A DNA stretch of 63,433 nt, counting the filler. It is 5 parts of 5 records of this genome, joined end to end, with 100 filler letters (N's around TTAATTAATTAA, not from the genome) between each part and the next. Parts side by side here need not be neighbours in the genome. Positions count along the whole stretch, not along the records: positions 16,502 to 27,436 come from DRR723986_2453; positions 27,537 to 51,873 come from DRR723986_2458; 3 more parts are not named here. The stretch is one strand, 5' to 3'. A model generated the notes under the pieces. The model was not told the origin of the DNA. It saw only the letters and a list, made by a program, of their open reading frames with translations, and searched no databases. Of the stretch, positions 18,494 through 27,682 are shown piece after piece. Both the position numbers and the translations under genes were made by a program. Every line of letters starts with the position of its first letter. The stretch's first letter is position 1.

Positions 18494-19174
18494 ATGATAA
18501 CTATAGTGCTCGCGCTGATAGTATTGCATATGTCCTGGATGATTTTGTCCATGCGTCGCGTACGGTTTGGTTTTGCGTTTATTCGGAGTGCAAAAAGCGA
18601 GACGAGTGTCACCTTCTCAAACACCTTTTGTTTTCCTTTTGTTCACAAGGGCAAATCCATCGATATCCGTTCGCGAAATCTTAATGTCGATTTTAGCGAC
18701 GCGCGCGCAATTCAGTTTGCCGACGGCGTGTTAGTTGATCTGAACCTAAGCATTGACCTGTCAATCAAAGCCACACCGGAGGACGTCCTGCTGGTTGGCA
18801 TGAAGTACGATCGTGGCAATGGCAAAACTGTTGAACTGGATACGGCCAGAATTGTTCACAAAATTGCGTCTCTGCTTAAGTCCGTTGCTTCACATTATTC
18901 GGCCGGTGAGCTGCAGTACGATGTAAGCTCGTTTCAAAATCAGGCTTTGCAGCAACTTAACAGTTTTATTGCGGGATTTGAGTTTGAGACTCTGACGGTT
19001 AATCGTTTTGAATTGCAAGATAATGCCGAGCTGGAACTGAGTGAGACTCAGTCAAAAGAATTAGCGGCTGGAGAGACCTGTTTGATCGGCGGTGACATCT
19101 ATCGCAACATCAAAGATGTTAAAGTTTCCCGCGACGCTGAGCCGGACGCCGTGGCCCTGGAGCCTGCAGGCTGA
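18494..19174 (+). CDS. Short SPFH-domain membrane protein (divergent paralogue of the downstream flotillin N-terminus)
   Basis: N-terminal TM; RRVRFGFAFIRSAKSETSVTFSNTFCFPFVHKGKSIDI aligns by eye with flotillin KKVEQGMALVKTGYGGVKVAFSSAFVFKALHRMELMDI; no coiled-coil tail. Confidence 0.7.
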   Translation: MITIVLALIVLHMSWMILSMRRVRFGFAFIRSAKSETSVTFSNTFCFPFVHKGKSIDIRSRNLNVDFSDARAIQFADGVLVDLNLSIDLSIKATPEDVLLVGMKYDRGNGKTVELDTARIVHKIASLLKSVASHYSAGELQYDVSSFQNQALQQLNSFIAGFEFETLTVNRFELQDNAELELSETQSKELAAGETCLIGGDIYRNIKDVKVSRDAEPDAVALEPAG

Positions 19175-19273
19175 AAAATACGGTTAACATCTGTGAGTGT
19201 GCGAGCCTCTATGTTAATCTTGCTGAGATATTGAAAATATACATCGAAAAATAATACAATCAACATATCAAGA

Positions 19274-21406
19274 GTGAGAGGTAATATGTTTGAACTTCTT
19301 GGGCTGTTTGTTTTGGGAATCAGCGCTGTGTTCCTTTTGGGAATTGCGGGGATGGTCCTAAAGTCTTATAAAAAAGTTGAGCAAGGGATGGCGCTGGTTA
19401 AAACCGGCTACGGCGGCGTTAAAGTCGCGTTTTCCTCTGCTTTTGTGTTTAAAGCGCTCCACCGCATGGAGTTGATGGACATTTCCGTTAAACGGATTGA
19501 GATTTCGCGGCTTGGCAAAGCCGGTTTGGTGTGTAAAGACAATATCCGCGCAGACATCAAAGTTGTCTTTTTTGTGCGCGTTAACCAGACCGCAGAGGCC
19601 GTTAAACAAGTTGCCGGTTCACTTGGTTGTGAGCGCGCCTCCGAACAGAGTGCCCTGGTTGAACTCTTTGATGCCAAATTCTCCGAGGCGCTTAAGACTG
19701 TCGGTAAGAAGTTTGACTTCGAAGAACTCTACGAAGCGCGCCATGAATTTAAAGAAGAAATGCTGCAAATCATTGGCAAAGAGCTGAATGGTTATGTGCT
19801 CGAAGATGCGGCGATTGACTATCTGGAGCAGACACCTCTACAGGAGCTTTCGCCCGATAATATTCTGGATGCCGACGGTATCAAGAAAATTACGGACCGT
19901 ACCGCAGCCGAAAACATGTTAACAAATGACATTCGGCGCGAAGAAGAAAAAGTCATCAAGAAACAAGACGTTGAAGCGCGTGAGGCCATTCTGCAAATGG
20001 AGCGGCAGTTGGCAGAAACTGAGCAGCGCCAGCAGAAAGAGATCGCAACGATAACCTCGCGTGAGCAGTCCGAAGCACAACAGGTTGAGCATCAGGAACA
20101 TCTCAAAGCCGAGCAAGCGCGCATCCGTGCTGAAGAGGAAATCCGGATTGCCGAAGAGAACCGCGATCGTCAGGTGATTGTCGCCGCGCGCGCCAAAGAA
20201 CGAACCGACGCAGTAGAAGCCGAACGCGTTGACAAGGACCGTCTGCTCGAAAAGACCGAGAAAGACAAGATTGTGAAGCTGGCTGAAATCGAGAAAGAAC
20301 GCGCTGTAGAAGAAGAACGCAAAAATATTCAGGACGTTATTCGCCAGCGGGTCATCGTTGAAAAAGCCGTGGTTGAAGAAGAAGAGCGCATCAAAGATAC
20401 GCGCGCCAGAGCAAGTGCCGACCGCGATAAACTGGTAGCGATCACTAAAGCCGAGGAACTGGCAGAAGAAAGTCGAATCACCGAAGTTGTTGCTGCCGAA
20501 GCCGCACGTGATGCCGCCAAGCTTAGAGCCGAAGAACATAAATTAACCGAAGTCGTTGCTGCCGAAGCCGCGCGCGACGCCGCCACGCTTAGAGCCGAAG
20601 AAAGTAAAATCACTGAAGTCGTCGCTGCCGAAGCCGCGCGTGAAGCCGCTAAGCTCAAAGCCGAACAGAAAGTCATTGATGCCGATGCCGACCTCACAAC
20701 CGCCGAGAAACGCGCCGATTCGATGAAGACAATTGCCGATGCGCGCGCTGAAGAAGAAGCCGTGCTCGGACTCTCCGAAGTTCGCGTGATGGAAGCACGT
20801 GCTATGGCCGTAGAGAAAGAGGGTGGCGCTGAAGCCAAAGTCATCGAACTCAAAGCCGCATCCGAAGCCCAGGGCATTCGCGACAAAGCCAGCGCGATGA
20901 AAGAGTTTGACGGTGTTGGCCGCGAACACGAAGAGTTTAAGCTGCGCCTTAACAAAGAGAAAGAGATTCAACTGGCCGACATTCATATCAACAAAGACAT
21001 TGCGCTCTCACAGGCTGAGATCATTCGCGACGCACTGCGCTCGGCCAAGATCGACATCATTGGCGGCGAGACAATGTTCTTTGAGAACCTTGTGAGCGCA
21101 GCTACGCGTGGCCGTTCGATCGACCGTATGGTCTCCAATAGTAATGTCTTGCAGGATGTGCGCAACAGCGTGCTTGGTGAAGGCGGCAGCGGCAGCCTGG
21201 CCGAAGGCATTCAGGGCATTATGCAGCGCCTGGGTGTTAACTGGGAAGATGTTAAGAACATCAGCGTTGCAGCCCTGCTCACACAACTGATGAGTCGCAG
21301 CGACGGCGAGACACACTCAATGCTCACTGATTGGTTTAACACCGTCAAGGGCACGCCGCTTGCCGACCAGCAGGTCTCATCCGTACTTTCGCAACTACGC
21401 TCGTAA
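19274..21406 (+). CDS. Flotillin-like SPFH protein (YqiK-type)
   Basis: TM; GLVCKDNIRADIKVVFFVRVN, KFSEALKTVGK, IDYLEQT, NILDADGIKKIT; long Glu/Ala coiled coil; likely ATG at 19286. Confidence 0.92.
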   Translation: MRGNMFELLGLFVLGISAVFLLGIAGMVLKSYKKVEQGMALVKTGYGGVKVAFSSAFVFKALHRMELMDISVKRIEISRLGKAGLVCKDNIRADIKVVFFVRVNQTAEAVKQVAGSLGCERASEQSALVELFDAKFSEALKTVGKKFDFEELYEARHEFKEEMLQIIGKELNGYVLEDAAIDYLEQTPLQELSPDNILDADGIKKITDRTAAENMLTNDIRREEEKVIKKQDVEAREAILQMERQLAETEQRQQKEIATITSREQSEAQQVEHQEHLKAEQARIRAEEEIRIAEENRDRQVIVAARAKERTDAVEAERVDKDRLLEKTEKDKIVKLAEIEKERAVEEERKNIQDVIRQRVIVEKAVVEEEERIKDTRARASADRDKLVAITKAEELAEESRITEVVAAEAARDAAKLRAEEHKLTEVVAAEAARDAATLRAEESKITEVVAAEAAREAAKLKAEQKVIDADADLTTAEKRADSMKTIADARAEEEAVLGLSEVRVMEARAMAVEKEGGAEAKVIELKAASEAQGIRDKASAMKEFDGVGREHEEFKLRLNKEKEIQLADIHINKDIALSQAEIIRDALRSAKIDIIGGETMFFENLVSAATRGRSIDRMVSNSNVLQDVRNSVLGEGGSGSLAEGIQGIMQRLGVNWEDVKNISVAALLTQLMSRSDGETHSMLTDWFNTVKGTPLADQQVSSVLSQLRS
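20462..20659 (+). repeat. Three in-frame 66-bp (22-aa) tandem repeats within the flotillin
   Basis: AEESRITEVVAAEAARDAAKLR / AEEHKLTEVVAAEAARDAATLR / AEESKITEVVAAEAAREAAKLK starting at 20462, 20528 and 20594. Confidence 0.95.
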
Positions 21407-21426
21407 GAAGTCAGTCCGCCGCAGAT

Positions 21427-21495
21427 GTTGAAAAAATGTGGGGCCGCGTGTTCATAGACTATTGAACGTTTAGGCGCGGCACCTACATTTTTAAC
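21427..21495 (+). promoter_or_regulatory. Long intercistronic stem-loop between the flotillin and ATPase genes
   Basis: gttgaaaaaatgtggggccgcg pairs with cgcggcacctacatttttaac; inner gttca/tgaac. Confidence 0.55.
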
Positions 21496-21566
21496 TCTGC
21501 CTCGTACTGATTTTGTATTAGTGATGTTAATATCAGAAATCTCTCATTAAACGAGCGTCAAAGTAC

Positions 21567-24500
21567 ATGTCAGAAACGGATGTCAGGACGGAGTCGCAGG
21601 CGGCTTCGGCAGAGAATCAACAGAGTGCAGCCCAGGCAGGCGCAGGCGGAGCTTACGACCTGATTCGCAGTCGCATGCATGCCGCAGCCACCGAGCTGCT
21701 ACAACACCTGGACGAGCTGAATCAGGAACGCCGCTCCGTCTATGGCGCCGTCAGCACTGAACTGCTCGGCAGTGAGCGCATCAGCACACTTAACAATTGT
21801 ATACCGCGGGACATGACACCGATTGGTCCCGGCTTTCTGTTCGGCTACAACGTGCATATAGGTTTGCGCGCCGAAACACAGCTGCAGGATGTTTTTGCAG
21901 TCTACGAATGGCGTGATGAACACCTGACAAGTGCGCCACTGGATTGTATTAACGACGAGAACTTTGTCCGCGACTTTGCCGAACTGTATAAGTATTACAA
22001 GAACACCACATTTGTGAAGTTTGCGCGGCGTGGCGCATTTCTCTATATGAAGTTTCGCGTTGGCTCAAGCGTCGATGACTTCAAAGCTTTTAAATGGCAG
22101 GTTGAAGACAATGGCGACCTGACCTATGTTAACAATCGTGGCGACCATGAGCTGCGTTATCCACCGCAGCACGAATTTGAATGGCAGCGCATTGGGCGCG
22201 ACCAGCAGCGTCAGGGACATGGACCTGAAGACCCCGACTTCTTGTCCATCCGCGAGAAATTGTTTGTCTCCGTAGGAGATGCGCAGTTAACATTCCGGGT
22301 CGAGGACAACACGGACGGCGGAGCTATTGTTGCGCGCGAACCCGTTGAAGAGGCTGAGCAGAAGCTGGATGACTTGTCCGTTGAGTGCGCTGAACTGGAG
22401 CACCTGATTATCCTGCGCGTGCGGCCCTACCGCGAAGAAAACCTGCGCTATTTTATTTTTAATGGCAAAACGCTGGAGCTGCGCCGTGTTGACGGACTGG
22501 CTGAAGCCGCGATTCTCCTGCCGGAAAACCATGGGATCATTTTCCCCAGTGGTAGTTACTTAAACGATGGAACACTGCAGGAGCTGGATACGCGCCAGCA
22601 GGACATGGTGTTTGAACGGCGCTTCCCGGCTCCAAATGGCGAAGACTTTTTGTATGCCTTTTACAACCGTGCCGAAGGTGTTTATGTCTTACTGCATTAC
22701 AACCTGATTGCACAAGTCCTGGCACCGCCGCTGGTTTGTAATGGCTTCTCACTTTTTGATGATGGGCGTCTGTTGTGTTTCCGCGTCGAGGAGTTGGCAC
22801 AAAAACACCACATGGTGCAGACCTGGCGCACACCATTTATGTTTGACATGCCAGTTGACAATTCGGGCAGTGACTCCGAATTGTTAAAGATTGGCAACCG
22901 CGACATCGTGCGTTGTATGGCTGAATGCCATGAGTTGTACGGCTTAACGCAGAAAGAAAATATTTACGCTGACCTATATCTGGATATCGGCCGCAAGGCC
23001 GGTGACATCCGCGATGCTTACGCCTGGCTGCAACAGATTGACGTTGGTGGAATTATTGATGCGATCGACGCGATACGCACGGCTTCCGATGCTGCAATCG
23101 ATGAATACGACAAGCTGCAGGCCCTCAAGGCCGATACAGCTGAGAAGTTTAATGAGTTCAGCGAAAAAGCCGCGGAGTTGTTTAACAATCCCCACGGCGA
23201 TAAGGCCGAGTCGATCGATGAATACGTTACGCTCCTGGCAAATGTCAGAGCCCTGCGTGGACGTGCCGCCGCGGTTCGCGAATTGCCGCACAGTGATGTT
23301 GAGGCAATCCAGCAACTTGACCGGCAGATTCTTGAGCACGGCGAGCGCATAGCACACAATTGTGTTGAATTCCTGTTGCGCGAAGACGCCCTGTTTGGCT
23401 ATCGCGACAGAATCAGTGAGCTGGACAATCAGATAGATTCGCTGGAGCGTGCCGGGGCATTCCGTGAACCGCTCGAAACTCTTGACGGCATTTCCACCGA
23501 TCTGGAAATGCTGATTGACATTGTTGTTAACCTCAACATCGAAGACAGTACACAAAGCACGCGGATTGTCGAGTCAATATCAGCCAAGTTTACCGACATC
23601 AATCGCGTGCGTTCGCGTATGCGGGCGCGCCGCGCAGACCTGGCGCGTACGGAAGGTGAGGCCGAATTCCGCGCCCAGGTTAACCTTGTGCAGCAAAGTC
23701 TGCTTAACTATCTGGAGTTGGCGGATACTCCCGTTCGCTGTGACGAGTACACGACCAAATTGCTGGTTCAAATCGAAGAACTGGAAGCGCGATTCAGCGA
23801 CTTCGATGGTTTTATTGAAGAGCTGGCGATCAAGCGTGACGACGTCTACAATGCCTTTGAGCAGAAGAAGCTGGTCTTAACCGAAAAGCTACAAAAGCGA
23901 GGACTGCAGTTGACGCGCTCAGCCGAGCGTATCCTGGGTGGAATCACCGACCGGCTTGCACGATTTGACAAGCCGGATGAAATATTTGCGTATTTCTCGA
24001 CCGATCCAATGGTTGCCAAAGTTCGTGAGATTTCCGAGTCGCTACGAGAACTTGGTGACGGCACGCGCGCGGACGACATGTGGACACGCCTGAATACGGC
24101 GCGTGAAGACGCTCTGCGCAACCTGAAAGATGCGCGCGAGCTGTTCGTTGACGGCCCCGATCGCGTAAAGCTGGGGCGTCAGGTATTTTCGGTTGTTAAT
24201 GAAACACCGCATCTGAGTCTGGTTCTGCGCGACGAGGAAGACCATTTCCACGTCAGCGGAACACAGTACTTCCTGCCTGTTAACGATCAGAGTTTGCGCG
24301 AGCTCAATGATGTTCGCGATCAGGAAGTCGCCGTTGAAAATCCGAAGGTCTATCGCGCTGAATATCTGGCGTATGCCATCCTGCAAATGGTGGATAAGGG
24401 GCAGATCGAGGCAAGCGCAGATTTGAAGGCTGCCCAAGCGACGGTACAGTCGTTTTTGCACGATCAGCCGGCCGAAGCATATGTTAAGGGTGTACATGAT

Positions 24501-26558
24501 CAGGATGCTGCGGCTCTGCTACATACACTCTTGCACATCGAACAGGCTGCCGGATTACTTGCCTGGAACGCAGAATCGCGTGCACTGGCCTACTCTTTCT
24601 GGTGTGATGTCAAAGACGATAATACGTTCGCGCACTTGGACAAACAGATTGCAGCTATGCGCGCCGTAGGTAGCGTATTTGCCCTGCCACGTGAAGCCGA
24701 CTTTTTAATAGATCAGCTGCAGGCCTTGATCGAACGCTACAGCCTTGAAAAGGAATTTGTGTTTAATGCCGATTCGCGTGCTGCGGCGCAGTATCTGTTT
24801 ACGGTTTTAACACGGCCTCTGAGAAATGGCGGAAATCCGCGTTTTGCACTTAACGAAGCCGCAGAGTCTCATGTCAAACAGTTCCGTGCGGCAATCAAAT
24901 CCAGCCCACAACCACAAGCGTTTGATGATTCGATGGCGGCCAATAGTAGCGCTGCCATGCGCCTGCGTATAGCACAAGTGTGGTTAAACGCGCAGCAGGC
25001 CTCCAAGACAAAAAATGAAGCTGCAAGCGTGCCCGAATCGGTCGCAGCTAACACAGTCGATGCAGCCGTTCTGCTGAGCAGCCTGGAGCCCAAAGACTTC
25101 AGCTTCCGGCCTCTGGAAGCACAGAAAAGTATAGAAGGCCTGCATGGACGCCATGCGCGCATCCTGCAGGGACAGCTGCAATTGAACTACTATGAGTTTA
25201 CTGCGCGCCTCAAAGAATTCAGCGAGACCAAACTGCCGCGTTTTGAGCAGTTGCAACAGCGCAAGCACGAACTACTCGAAGAACATCGCGGCCGGCTGCG
25301 TCTGCAAAAGTTTCAGCCACAGGTCGCATCCTTCTTTGTGCGTAATCTATTGTTAACACGTGTCTACCTGCCGATGATCGGTGAGAACTTCGCACGCCAA
25401 ATCGGGACGGCCGGTAAAAACACGCGCAGCGACCGCAGCGGTCTTTTGCTGTTGATCTCGCCGCCGGGTTACGGTAAAACTACTCTGATCGAATACATCG
25501 CCAAGCGCCTTGGCATGATGTACATAAAAGTCGACGGACCTGCCCTGGGCCACGAGGTCAGCTCGCTCGATCCCGCTACAGCACCAAACTCGGCGGCACA
25601 GGCCGAACTGGAACGCTTAAACCTCGCTTTTGCGCTGGGTGACAATGTTCTGCTTTACCTCGATGATATTCAACACTGCAACCCGGAATTCCTGCAGAAG
25701 TTCATTCCGCTTTGTGATGCACAACGCCGCATCGAAGGTGTTGTTGATGGCAAAGCCAGAAGTTTTGACCTGCGTGGGCGTCGTTTTGCCGTTGTGATGG
25801 CGGGGAACCCCTATACCGAAAGTGGTGCCGCCTTTGTCATTCCAGACATGCTGGCCAACCGCGCCGATGTGTTTAACCTTGGTGATATCTCGACGGCTGA
25901 GAGTGAACCGTTCGAAATGTCATTTATCGAGAATTGTTTAACATCGAATGCGGCTACACGCCGTATGGCACTCACACATCGTGAGGATGTTCCCGCCTTT
26001 ATCAAGTGGGCGTCGCTCGGTTCACGTGATGGACTGGAGTTCAGCGGCTCCTACGCTGCGGCTGAAATGGAAGAGGTTGTGACCGTAATTCAAAAACTGC
26101 TGCGCGTGCGCGACGTAGTACTGCGTGTTAACAACGCCTATATCAAGTCCGCCGCTACTGCCGAGGCCTATCGTACCGAGCCGCCCTTCCAGCTGCAGGG
26201 CTCCTATCGCGATATGAACAAAATCGCTGCTAATGTTCTGGCCGCTATGACGGATGCGGAATTAGACAAGCTGATCGAAAATCATTATGTTAATGAGGCC
26301 CAAACCCTGGCGGGCGACAGCGAAGCCAATTTGCTCAAATGGCGCGAAATCGTTGGTGTTTTAAGCGACGCCGAACGCAAGCGTTATTCAGAAATCATCA
26401 AACGTTTTGGTGACAATCAACTCTTTGGTGCAAGTGAGGACGGCGATCCGCTACAGGAAACGCTGCGCCAGATTCAGTCGCTAAACAGCGGTGTGCGTGA
26501 CATCGCCCGCGCTATCAGTCGGCATGCTTCAACAGATGATCAGGCCGGTTCTGAGTAA
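21567..26558 (+). CDS. Large coiled-coil AAA+ ATPase (so-called DNA repair ATPase, DUF3686-type)
   Basis: 1663 aa; GGAYDLIRSR, NNCIPRDM, LFGYNVHIGL, ELYKYYK N-terminus; Walker A LISPPGYGKTT, Walker B LLYLDDIQH, AGNPYTESG, EPPFQLQGSYRDMNK. Confidence 0.9.
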   Translation: MSETDVRTESQAASAENQQSAAQAGAGGAYDLIRSRMHAAATELLQHLDELNQERRSVYGAVSTELLGSERISTLNNCIPRDMTPIGPGFLFGYNVHIGLRAETQLQDVFAVYEWRDEHLTSAPLDCINDENFVRDFAELYKYYKNTTFVKFARRGAFLYMKFRVGSSVDDFKAFKWQVEDNGDLTYVNNRGDHELRYPPQHEFEWQRIGRDQQRQGHGPEDPDFLSIREKLFVSVGDAQLTFRVEDNTDGGAIVAREPVEEAEQKLDDLSVECAELEHLIILRVRPYREENLRYFIFNGKTLELRRVDGLAEAAILLPENHGIIFPSGSYLNDGTLQELDTRQQDMVFERRFPAPNGEDFLYAFYNRAEGVYVLLHYNLIAQVLAPPLVCNGFSLFDDGRLLCFRVEELAQKHHMVQTWRTPFMFDMPVDNSGSDSELLKIGNRDIVRCMAECHELYGLTQKENIYADLYLDIGRKAGDIRDAYAWLQQIDVGGIIDAIDAIRTASDAAIDEYDKLQALKADTAEKFNEFSEKAAELFNNPHGDKAESIDEYVTLLANVRALRGRAAAVRELPHSDVEAIQQLDRQILEHGERIAHNCVEFLLREDALFGYRDRISELDNQIDSLERAGAFREPLETLDGISTDLEMLIDIVVNLNIEDSTQSTRIVESISAKFTDINRVRSRMRARRADLARTEGEAEFRAQVNLVQQSLLNYLELADTPVRCDEYTTKLLVQIEELEARFSDFDGFIEELAIKRDDVYNAFEQKKLVLTEKLQKRGLQLTRSAERILGGITDRLARFDKPDEIFAYFSTDPMVAKVREISESLRELGDGTRADDMWTRLNTAREDALRNLKDARELFVDGPDRVKLGRQVFSVVNETPHLSLVLRDEEDHFHVSGTQYFLPVNDQSLRELNDVRDQEVAVENPKVYRAEYLAYAILQMVDKGQIEASADLKAAQATVQSFLHDQPAEAYVKGVHDQDAAALLHTLLHIEQAAGLLAWNAESRALAYSFWCDVKDDNTFAHLDKQIAAMRAVGSVFALPREADFLIDQLQALIERYSLEKEFVFNADSRAAAQYLFTVLTRPLRNGGNPRFALNEAAESHVKQFRAAIKSSPQPQAFDDSMAANSSAAMRLRIAQVWLNAQQASKTKNEAASVPESVAANTVDAAVLLSSLEPKDFSFRPLEAQKSIEGLHGRHARILQGQLQLNYYEFTARLKEFSETKLPRFEQLQQRKHELLEEHRGRLRLQKFQPQVASFFVRNLLLTRVYLPMIGENFARQIGTAGKNTRSDRSGLLLLISPPGYGKTTLIEYIAKRLGMMYIKVDGPALGHEVSSLDPATAPNSAAQAELERLNLAFALGDNVLLYLDDIQHCNPEFLQKFIPLCDAQRRIEGVVDGKARSFDLRGRRFAVVMAGNPYTESGAAFVIPDMLANRADVFNLGDISTAESEPFEMSFIENCLTSNAATRRMALTHREDVPAFIKWASLGSRDGLEFSGSYAAAEMEEVVTVIQKLLRVRDVVLRVNNAYIKSAATAEAYRTEPPFQLQGSYRDMNKIAANVLAAMTDAELDKLIENHYVNEAQTLAGDSEANLLKWREIVGVLSDAERKRYSEIIKRFGDNQLFGASEDGDPLQETLRQIQSLNSGVRDIARAISRHASTDDQAGSE

Positions 26559-26575
26559 ACTGAGACAAACTTCTC

Positions 26576-27382
26576 ATGAGTACAAACAACATCGTAATAA
26601 GTGAACTCCACGTGTATCCGCTTAAATCCGCCGGCGGAATTCAAGTCGAGAAGTCGGTAATCGGCTTGCGCGGCCTGGAATTTGATCGGCGCTGGATGCT
26701 CGTTGATTCGCAGGGTGAGTTTATTTCTCAGCGTAAACATCCGCGCATGGCGCTCCTGCGTATGCAGTCAATGAAAGATGCCTTTCTGGTTGAGGCCGCA
26801 GGGCATGGGAGTTTAACAATTCAACACGAGCTGCTACGCCAGGAAAAAGCCGCAGTACAGATTTGGAGCAGCAAACTCAAGGCCTGGTTGTACCCGCCGG
26901 AATATGGCCTCTGGTTCAGTCAATTTCTGGGCAAGGAATGCCACCTGGTGGCAATGCCGGATGATGGCAAACGAATTGCCAACCCCAAAAATACGCGCAG
27001 CATTACCCCCGTGCGTTTTGTTGACGGTTATCCCTTGTTGATGCTCTCTGAAAATTCGATGCGTGACTTAAACAGTCGCCTGGCGCAGGCAATTCTGGCC
27101 AATCGTTTCCGTGCCAATATTGTTTTGCGCAATTGCGCGGCCTATGCCGAAGACAGCTGGGACACAGTCTTGTTTGACGATGTTAAAATCGAAACAATTA
27201 AGCGCTGTCCGCGCTGCGTTGTCACAACCGTCGATCAGACCACAGCCGCCAAATCCGCAGAGCCGTTGCGCACGCTCTCTGAGTACCGCAATTTTAATGG
27301 CTCAGTCGACTTCGGGATGTATGCGCGCGCGCTGAATGAAGGTGAGCTGCGCGTCGGTGCCCAGCTGGAATTTGCACAATAA
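26576..27382 (+). CDS. MOSC domain-containing protein (MOSC_N + MOSC)
   Basis: YPLKSAGG, DRRWMLVD, FVDGYPLL, RFRANIV, AEDSW, CPRCVVTTVDQ. Confidence 0.93.
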   Translation: MSTNNIVISELHVYPLKSAGGIQVEKSVIGLRGLEFDRRWMLVDSQGEFISQRKHPRMALLRMQSMKDAFLVEAAGHGSLTIQHELLRQEKAAVQIWSSKLKAWLYPPEYGLWFSQFLGKECHLVAMPDDGKRIANPKNTRSITPVRFVDGYPLLMLSENSMRDLNSRLAQAILANRFRANIVLRNCAAYAEDSWDTVLFDDVKIETIKRCPRCVVTTVDQTTAAKSAEPLRTLSEYRNFNGSVDFGMYARALNEGELRVGAQLEFAQ

Positions 27383-27436
27383 TGTAACCTTAAGCCGCGG
27401 CCCGCACTAGTGGGTTGCGCGCAAAGTTCGGTAGTT

Positions 27437-27536
27437 NNNNNNNNNNNNNNNNNNNNNNNNNNNNNNNNNNNNNNNNNNNNTTAATTAATTAANNNNNNNN
27501 NNNNNNNNNNNNNNNNNNNNNNNNNNNNNNNNNNNN
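27437..27536. other. Artificial contig linker
   Basis: N-TTAATTAATTAA-N. Confidence 0.99.
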
Positions 27537-27537
27537 A

Positions 27538-27606
27538 ATTCGAATTAAGCTTACGGAAGCCGTATTGCCTGGCGACATTATTCGAGTTCAGGAACGCCTT
27601 TTCTAA
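27538..27606 (+). CDS. C-terminal fragment of a polysaccharide export (Wza-like) protein
   Basis: IRIKLTEAVLPGDIIRVQERLF*, a typical xxPGDxIxVxERxF C-terminus, directly upstream of wzc. Confidence 0.75.
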   Translation: MRIKLTEAVLPGDIIRVQERLF

Positions 27607-27682
27607 ACTGTTCGTGCGGCGAGGTGGCCAACAATTACCTCTGTCGTGCGTTTGACCACGCTGTTGCTACTGGGACAATTGA

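Noticed and set aside
19919-20986. Antisense ORFs with repeats opposite the flotillin
   Set aside because: They simply reflect the sense-strand coiled-coil codons and the 66-bp repeats.
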